Source: Actinomycetota bacterium
Lineage (GTDB): Bacteria; Actinomycetota; CADDZG01; WHSQ01
NCBI GenBank assembly: GCA_034667525.1
Contig: JAXDJO010000015.1
Coordinates: 52,940-116,939 of the forward strand
Length of the DNA stretch: 64,000 nucleotides
Direction: 5' to 3'
In this document: positions 59,201 to 64,000 of the stretch, in pieces
How the letters are laid out: each line of letters starts with the position of its first letter
Numbering within the stretch: position 1 is the first letter of the stretch
Notes under the pieces: generated by a model
Database searches by the model: none
Told to the model about the DNA's origin: nothing
The model's input: only the letters and a program-made list of their open reading frames with translations
Position numbers and translations under genes: made by a program

Positions 59201-59675
59201 TTCGGCGTGCTCCGGTGAGATCTCCCGAAACGATCAGCTTGGGGATCTCAGCCGACAGGCACCCCGAGAGGCAGATGAGCCCCTCCGATAGTTCCGCCAG
59301 CAGCCCATGGTCGGTTCGTGGGTAGTAATGGAATCCCTCGAGCCATGCCTTGGACGAAAGCTTGACGAGGTTCTTGTACCCCGTGTTGTTGGCGGCTAGA
59401 AGGGTGAGATGGAAGGTCCTGTCGCCGTTTTCTCGTTGCGGCGGCTTCTCCCGGCGATCGCCCGCGAAGAGGTATCCCTCCATGCCCAGTATCGGTTTGA
59501 CGCCGTGGGTGCGGGCCGTCTTGTAGAAGTCGAGGACCCCGTACATCACCCCGTGATCGGTGATCGCGCACGCAGGCATGCCGGCCTCTCCGGCGGCCTC
59601 GAACATCTCTCCGATCCGGCTGGCGCCGTCCAGCATCGAATATTCGGTGTGCGCATGCAGGTGAACGAAGCTCAT
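56268..59675 (-). CDS. dnaE: DNA polymerase III alpha subunit
   Basis: The start was placed at ATG 59675 (MSFVHLHAHTEYSMLDGA, PHP domain), 8 nt after GGAGAAAG. 1135 aa. Confidence 0.97.
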   Translation of the reverse strand: MSFVHLHAHTEYSMLDGASRIGEMFEAAGEAGMPACAITDHGVMYGVLDFYKTARTHGVKPILGMEGYLFAGDRREKPPQRENGDRTFHLTLLAANNTGYKNLVKLSSKAWLEGFHYYPRTDHGLLAELSEGLICLSGCLSAEIPKLIVSGDLTGARRKVAEYREVFGDRFYLELQEHGIPVQAKLNDDLVAIGREMGIPWVATNDSHYTHKSDAGAHEVLLCINTGSELSDPTRFKFDSDEFYLKTPEEMAAKFQRWPGACETTLEVADRCDVTIELGNLLLPRFDVPSGKTLDGYLTELVWEGISRRFDDVTRELRERAEYELRVIGEMGFAGYFLVVQDFVNWAKQHGIRVGPGRGSAAGSVVSYALGITELDPMRYDLMFERFLNPGRKQMPDIDIDFDERRRGEVIRYVQEKYGSDHVAQIVTYGTIKGKQAIRDSARVLGFPYAEGDRLTKMYPALVMGRDSGLERAMESSAELKEAYAAGGAAKEIIDTAHKIENLKRSAGIHAAGVVIGRDPLVEHIPLKRGDHGEVVSQFDMSGVEELGLLKMDFLGLRNLTVIELTRDYIKANRGADVDVDHLSFDDPAVYEMLKQGDTDGVFQMESEGMRRYLVQLQPSRFEHVMAMIALYRPGPMEQIPTYVERMHDASKVEYLHPALEEVTKETFGVLVFQEQIVQTLQRIAGYSPGEADLVRKAIGKKKRDIMAAERPRFIDGCQQAGVGEAQAIKLWELIERFADYSFNRAHAAGYAQIAYQTAWLKAHYPVEYIAALLTSVKDNKDSKPYYLHVARKMKIPVLIPDVNSSDRDFTPVGESVRFGLSAVRHVGEGVVEKIVEARTQNGAFESFPDFCRKVDFTCLNKKTIESLIKAGAFESLGHTRKGLLESAESICGDVIGSRRQLEIGQDSLFDSDDDHSRPIALDEFPREILLAMERDVLGLYVSDHPLLGVEGLLARMTDSSIASLSGKKPGEAVTIGGLVAEVRKKVTKRGEVMVLLDIEDMSGAIVEALIFPKTYEQSAHLLRPDAILLLKGRVDRDVRDDSVKVVAQEVIEPNLGDERPLVINLPAGSCTSNTVQGLKEVLASHPGTTQVFLHLVTTIKTTVFRLGSEFYVDTHNGLHAELKALLGPNAVITI

Positions 59676-59899
59676 AGGTTCTTTCTCCAGGCGAAAATTA
59701 CACTGCTGTTCTTTAGTACACCCCCGGCCCCCGCGCTTCAAGGACGCCTCCGTGACCAGGCAAGATCCGCCGGCCCCGGGCCCCAAAGTCAGTCTCGGGC
59801 ATCCTTCCTGGGGATAACAAGGTGCCCAGCCTGTGGACGATCGGGGGATCCCTGCACGCAGGCAACAACTGGCTTTGCGAGGCCTCCTGCTCCCTGCCC

Positions 59900-60985
59900 G
59901 GAAAGTTTCTTTCCGTCTGATCAGGGGTCAGTGGTGCGCCGGCGTCTTGGTCCAGACGAATGGCTCGCCACGGTCGTTCCAGCCGTCGATCAACTCGCCG
60001 ATCCTGGCGATGAGGTCTTTGCCCGAGGTAAAGGTGCCGCTCCCAGTGGCCTGGCGGGTGATGATCGAGAAGAACACCTCGACCAGATCCAGCCACGAGC
60101 ACCCGGCCGGCGTGAAGTGCAGCCTTACCCGAGGGTTCTCTCTGAGCCAGGCCTTCAGCTTCGGGTTCTCGTGGGTTGCGTCGTTGCCGCAGACCACGTG
60201 CAGCTCGCGGCCGGGATAGGCGGCGGTGACCATCGTGAGGAACTTCAGGAACTCCTGGTGACGATGGCGTGGGTAGCAGGCATCAGCGACCTGGCCGGCG
60301 GCGGTCTCCAGCGCGGCGAACAGCGAAGTCGTGTCGTGCCGGATGTAGCCGAGGCTGGCCTTCTCCGGCGGGCCCGGCCCGATCCGCAGGATCGACTGGG
60401 TCCGATCGCGGGCGTGCATCTGCGACTTCTCGTCCACGCAGACGACGACCGCGGTCTCCGGCGGGTTCAGGTACACCCCGGTGATGTCGGTGAGCTTAGC
60501 TTCCAACTGCGGGTCGGTGGAGAACTTGAAGCTCTGCCGCCGCCACGGCCGCAGGTCCCACTTCCGCCATGTCTCCACGATGCTGGCCGAGGAGATGCCC
60601 AGCTCGCGAGCCAGCAGCCGCGACGACCAGTGGGTCACGCCCAGATGCTCGCGCGGGCGCTCCAGCGTCGTGACCACGATCCTGGTTTCATCGACGGTCT
60701 TCGGCCGCCCGGACCGGGGCAGGTCCTCCAGCGCCCTGATCCCGGCGGCCCGGTACCGGGAACGCCAGTGGCGGACCACCGGCACGCTTACCCCGGCACG
60801 GTGGGCGACCTCCGTGTGCGGCAGGCCCTCCGCCGCCAGCAGCACGATCCTGGCCCGTCGCGCCAGCCCCGCCTCGGCCGCCCGAGACGAGGCGATCTTG
60901 GCCAGCTTCTCCCGGTCCCCATTCCGCAACGTGAGAGCCGTCGCTATACGCATACTTCATTGTGTCAGAAAGAAACTTTTCTATC
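59900..60985 (-). mobile_element. IS630-family insertion sequence (approximate boundaries)
   Basis: A single transposase ORF is flanked by imperfect inverted repeats GGAAAGTTTCTTTCCGTCTGA (59900..59920) and TCAGAAAGAAACTTTTC (60965..60981). TA follows the right end (60982..60983). The left boundary is unclear. Confidence 0.7.
59928..60953 (-). CDS. IS630 family transposase
   Basis: 341 aa with N-terminal HTH regions and a DDE domain (VVCVDEKSQ..., HVVCGNDATH, ...WLDLVEVFF) typical of IS630/Tc1-mariner-like transposases. Confidence 0.88.
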   Translation of the reverse strand: MRIATALTLRNGDREKLAKIASSRAAEAGLARRARIVLLAAEGLPHTEVAHRAGVSVPVVRHWRSRYRAAGIRALEDLPRSGRPKTVDETRIVVTTLERPREHLGVTHWSSRLLARELGISSASIVETWRKWDLRPWRRQSFKFSTDPQLEAKLTDITGVYLNPPETAVVVCVDEKSQMHARDRTQSILRIGPGPPEKASLGYIRHDTTSLFAALETAAGQVADACYPRHRHQEFLKFLTMVTAAYPGRELHVVCGNDATHENPKLKAWLRENPRVRLHFTPAGCSWLDLVEVFFSIITRQATGSGTFTSGKDLIARIGELIDGWNDRGEPFVWTKTPAHH

Positions 60986-61018
60986 GGTCAGGGGACATCG
61001 GGCTTCGCCTTGCGAACG

Positions 61019-61801
61019 TCAGCGCAGAACCAAGAGGTCAAGCCAGTTGCTTCTGGTTTCCGGGTGCGTCGTGTCCTCGGCATGTCGCACGGCACGGCGG
61101 AGGCGCTCTTTACCGCGGAGAAACTCGTCCTCGGTGAGACTGCGCATGGTGGTGTCGGCGTGGCGGAAAGTGTCCACCTGGCCGAGGAAGTCCGCGAGGC
61201 TGGCCGGGTACGTCTCACGAACCTGCTCAAGAGCGTCCTGGTGGAATCCTGCGGCCGCGAACGCCTTGCACGTATTCCCCAGCGAAGGGAAGGTATCGAT
61301 CATCCGAGCGGTCTCAGGGAACCATCGGACGAGTTCGATCCTGTCGAGCTTGAGGTCCCCCGAGGGCTCGTATCTGTCCGGGAAGCCCTGTCGGATGAGG
61401 ACGGGGGCCCCGGGGCGGAGAACGCGGCGGATCTCCTGTGCGGCGACACCCAGGTCTGGGATGTGCTGAATGACAAGGGAAAGCCATGCGGCGTCTGCCG
61501 ACTCATCTGGGAGCGGTAAGGCGCTCGCATTTCCCTCAAGCACCTGGATGGCTGGTGTCTGCGGGATCTGATCCCGCATCGCGGCCGACGGTTCGACTGC
61601 GAGGACGCTGAGGTCGAACCAGTCGCTGAATGCCGCGGCGAACGCACCGGTCCCCGCGCCGATGTCCACCAGAGTCATTCCCTGAGTCGGGCGCAGGTGA
61701 CGTCGTACCGCCTCGCGCCACTCCGAGAGTCCGTCACGCGGGACCTCGCGGACTGCCTTGAACGCTGCAGCGGTCTGCTCGTCATAGCTGATCCTGGCCA
61801 A
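61019..61801 (-). CDS. Class I SAM-dependent methyltransferase
   Basis: 260 aa with motif I LVDIGAGTGAF, post-I VLAVEPS and the motif LRPGAPVLI. Confidence 0.85.
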   Translation of the reverse strand: MARISYDEQTAAAFKAVREVPRDGLSEWREAVRRHLRPTQGMTLVDIGAGTGAFAAAFSDWFDLSVLAVEPSAAMRDQIPQTPAIQVLEGNASALPLPDESADAAWLSLVIQHIPDLGVAAQEIRRVLRPGAPVLIRQGFPDRYEPSGDLKLDRIELVRWFPETARMIDTFPSLGNTCKAFAAAGFHQDALEQVRETYPASLADFLGQVDTFRHADTTMRSLTEDEFLRGKERLRRAVRHAEDTTHPETRSNWLDLLVLR

Positions 61802-61922
61802 GTCGTGCCTCCTTGCTCGTGGCTAGCTCGTTGCCCACGGGCTCCATCGCCGGCGGCACCGATGCCTGGGTCCGGCCGCTTCGGATTCTGCATTCCGCCC
61901 CGCGAGAGCCGTCGCAGAACGA

Positions 61923-62921
61923 TCACGGCCATTCTGTCAGAAAGAAAGGAACTTTTCTATCGATAGCACTAGCTATCGGTCTGCGGTGCCCGGCCCCCCG
62001 TGGCGCCGGGGATATCCGCAAGGAGGCGGCATCGAGGACCGCCCGGAGGTCGCCGGGGAGCTCGTCCTCGACCTCGACTGTCACCCCCGTGCCGGGATGC
62101 GGGAACGAGAGCCTTATCGCATGGAGGAACGGCCTTGCCAGAGAAAGCCTCCGGGAGAGCTCGGACACACCGCCGTAGGCCGCATCCCCCAGCACCGGGT
62201 GTCCTATGTGGGAAAGGTGCACCCTGATCTGGTGGGTCCGGCCCGTCTCCAGCCTCACCTCCAGCAACGATAGGTCCTCGTTCCGATCCAGCACCCGGTA
62301 GTGGCTGACCGCAGGGCGGCCCTCGGGAACAACCGCCATCACCGTCCGGCGCCGGGGGTGGCGTGCGATCGGAGCCTCGATCGTGCCGGAGGCCGCCGGT
62401 GGCCTCCCCCGCACGAGCGCGAGATAGGTCCTCTCGATGCGGTGGGCGCGAAGAGAGCGCGTGAGGGATGCATGAGCCTCATCGTCGCGGGCCACCAGCA
62501 ACAGCCCCGAGGTTCCCTTGTCCAGCCGGTGCACGATCCCGGGCCGCTCGGTTCCCTCGCCCGACAAGCTCAGGCCGAGACCCAGGAGGGCATTCACGAG
62601 GGTGCCGCTGTCGTGGCCGCCGGCAGGGTGGGTAACCAAGCCTGCCGGTTTGGACACGACCAGCACCCTGTCGTCCGAATACCGCACCTCCAGGGAGATG
62701 TCCTCGGCTCCCGGCGCCGCACGGGCCGGTTCCTCGACCGAGCCTTCGACGACCTCCTCGGGTCCCAGCCGATGACCGGGCCTGACTCGCCGGCCCGCCA
62801 CCAGAACGTCACCGGCCGCCACCGCGCTGGATGCGGAGCGACGGGAGACACCGGCGCGGCGGGCAAGGACGAGGTCGGTCCGGGAACCCACTTCCGCGGC
62901 GGAAGGGCTGAAACTGATCAC
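61923..62921 (-). CDS. rluD: 23S rRNA pseudouridine synthase, RluD/RluA family
   Basis: The start was placed at GTG 62921, a GTGA overlap with the lspA stop. It has an S4 domain (LVLARRAGVSRRSASSAV), the catalytic HRLDKGTSGLL motif, and an unusual ~30-aa C-terminal extension. Confidence 0.85.
   Translation of the reverse strand: MISFSPSAAEVGSRTDLVLARRAGVSRRSASSAVAAGDVLVAGRRVRPGHRLGPEEVVEGSVEEPARAAPGAEDISLEVRYSDDRVLVVSKPAGLVTHPAGGHDSGTLVNALLGLGLSLSGEGTERPGIVHRLDKGTSGLLLVARDDEAHASLTRSLRAHRIERTYLALVRGRPPAASGTIEAPIARHPRRRTVMAVVPEGRPAVSHYRVLDRNEDLSLLEVRLETGRTHQIRVHLSHIGHPVLGDAAYGGVSELSRRLSLARPFLHAIRLSFPHPGTGVTVEVEDELPGDLRAVLDAASLRISPAPRGAGHRRPIASAIDRKVPFFLTEWP
61934..61960 (+). repeat. Solo copy of the IS630 terminal repeat
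   Basis: TGTCAGAAAGAAAGGAACTTTTCTATCG compared with 60963..60986 TGTCAGAAAGAAACTTTTCTATCG. Both are in the same orientation and the two copies differ by a 4-nt indel. It lies inside the 3' end of the rluD ORF. Confidence 0.6.
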
Positions 62922-63445
62922 TTCTCGGGGGCCGCTTTCCTGCTGCTCATGAAGATCACCAATATGACGCCCACAACGATGGCCGAGTCGGCGAGGTTGA
63001 AGACGGGCCACACGTGGAAATCGATCCAATCCACGACCCGGCCCCCAAGATGCCGAAAAAGCCTATCGGAAGCGTTCCCGAGCCCCCCGCCCAGCATCAT
63101 GCCGAGGGGGATCAGCATTCTCTGATCGGAAAGCCGCCGCACCCAGACCACCAGCAGCGCGACGACGAGCACCGTGGCGGCGAGGAAAAGACCGGGAACG
63201 CCTTGCAGGATCCCGAAAGCGCCCCCTGAGTTCAACGTCAGCCGGAACGTCAGTACCCCCTTGATGACATCGAAGGGATGGTCCTGGAAGTGGGTTACGG
63301 CGAATTGTTTGGTCGTCTGATCGAGGGTCACCACGATTGCAGCGACGGGAATCAGGACGCGTAATGACTTCAAAGATCCTTGTCCGGAGCCGGTCACCTC
63401 TCTGGAATTGTCGGGAGGGAGAGGCTCAGCGGGCGCGTTCCTCAC
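62918..63445 (-). CDS. lspA: Lipoprotein signal peptidase II
   Basis: 175 aa with 4 TM helices and the blocks NSGGAFG and FNLADSAIV. The start is uncertain (ATG 63445 overlaps the upstream gene by 20 nt; TTG 63373 is an alternative). Confidence 0.85.
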   Translation of the reverse strand: MRNAPAEPLPPDNSREVTGSGQGSLKSLRVLIPVAAIVVTLDQTTKQFAVTHFQDHPFDVIKGVLTFRLTLNSGGAFGILQGVPGLFLAATVLVVALLVVWVRRLSDQRMLIPLGMMLGGGLGNASDRLFRHLGGRVVDWIDFHVWPVFNLADSAIVVGVILVIFMSSRKAAPEK

Positions 63446-64000
63446 GCCGCTTGCAGTCCATGCAGAGGAGGGCGTGGGGCAGCGCCTTCAGCCGGGGTGC
63501 GTCGATAGGTCGCCCGCACCGCTCGCAGGTGCCGTAGATCCCCTGATCGATCCGTGAGATCGCCCGGTTGATCTGCTCGATCAGGTCACGGATGTTGTTC
63601 TGGATCGAGAGCTCCCGTTCCCTGTCGAAGGTGGCCGTGCCCGCGTCTGCGAAGTCTTCGTCGAAGCCGGCCTCTCCGGTCAGATCCGATTGCGTCTTTT
63701 CAAAGACGTTCGCCTCTATCTCTTCGATCCGGCGCTCGAGCTCGGCCCGCTCCTCCTCCAACCGACCGCGGATCTCGGCAATATCACCCTTCTCGAACTT
63801 GGTGGGCCGCGCCGGCGACGGTTTCTTGGGAGCCGTCTTCTTCAATGTCATGGGGGGAAGCCCGGGACGCTTGCCCCGCCGCTTGGGAGCCGCCGTCACC
63901 TCCCGGGGCTGATCCTTGGCCTTGGCTTCGGCCGCCGTGGATTTGGACGCCGCCGTGGATTTGGACGCCGCGGTGGGTTTGGACGCCGGGGTGGGCTTGG
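63426..64000 (-). CDS. DksA/TraR family C4 zinc-finger protein with repetitive N-terminal extension (5' end outside the window)
   Basis: C-terminal CERCGRPI...CMDCK zinc finger. The frame stays open upstream of the track start (GTG 63899) through the hexapeptide repeats to the window edge. Confidence 0.75.
   Translation of the reverse strand, partial: KPTPASKPTAASKSTAASKSTAAEAKAKDQPREVTAAPKRRGKRPGLPPMTLKKTAPKKPSPARPTKFEKGDIAEIRGRLEEERAELERRIEEIEANVFEKTQSDLTGEAGFDEDFADAGTATFDRERELSIQNNIRDLIEQINRAISRIDQGIYGTCERCGRPIDAPRLKALPHALLCMDCKRREERAR
63931..64000 (-). repeat. 18-nt tandem repeat (at least 3.9 units), coding
   Basis: GCCGCCGTGGATTTGGAC x2, then GCCGCGGTGGGTTTGGAC and GCCGGGGTGGGCTTGG. 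On the minus strand it encodes in-frame ASKSTA/ASKPTA hexapeptides. Confidence 0.85.

Noticed and set aside
59676-59786. A GAAC-containing sequence (AGAACAGCAGTGTAAT) upstream of dnaE as an SOS box.
   Set aside because: The second half-site does not match GTTC. dnaE1-type polymerases are not known SOS targets.
59409-61469. A 686-aa plus-strand ORF spanning the dnaE start, the IS and the methyltransferase.
   Set aside because: It runs antisense through three independent, well-supported genes and an IS boundary, and has no motifs. It is a GC artefact.
63931-64000. The tandem repeat at the window end as a CRISPR array or non-coding VNTR.
   Set aside because: It has an 18-nt period with no spacers, and it is in frame with and contiguous to the DksA-like ORF. 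It is a coding hexapeptide repeat.

Overview
The window is a high-GC (judged by eye) bacterial chromosome segment. It is almost certainly Actinomycetota, based on housekeeping synteny: the dnaK 5' end with a HAIR-like operator; uvrA; uvrB-HAD-coaE-rpsA-[Ser/Thr kinase]-polA; a DtxR-family regulator next to an FTR1 iron permease; two amino-acid ABC importers; trpCBA; hisA; and dnaE-[insertion]-rluD-lspA-dksA-like. I can support about 60 CDS, 2 tRNAs (Val-CAC, Leu-CAA), one IS630-family element, several hairpins and operators, and a few repeats. I saw no rRNA and no CRISPR array. Many long ORFs in the track are GC-driven antisense frames and were rejected. The items most worth follow-up are: (1) an envelope locus at 10.2-17.2 kb, where a PIG-V-like GT-C mannosyltransferase is translationally adjacent to a 730-aa protein with PIG-N/O-like architecture, beside a PLC/AcpA-like lipoprotein and a BNR-like propeller; this may be a GPI-like glycolipid module. 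(2) A roughly 52-nt intergenic element that starts exactly at the TGA stops of uvrB and of the Ser/Thr kinase, with a 22-nt identical core and a possible degenerate third copy at 1975. (3) A small A/T-richer islet next to tRNA-Val with an orphan Flp pilin bracketed by two paralogous unknown genes and a 469-nt ORF-free stretch. (4) A HisD-like protein that appears to lack the catalytic and Zn motifs, sitting directly upstream of hisA. (5) An IS630 plus methyltransferase insertion bracketed by same-orientation terminal-repeat copies. All homology statements come from motif reading by eye; no searches were run.
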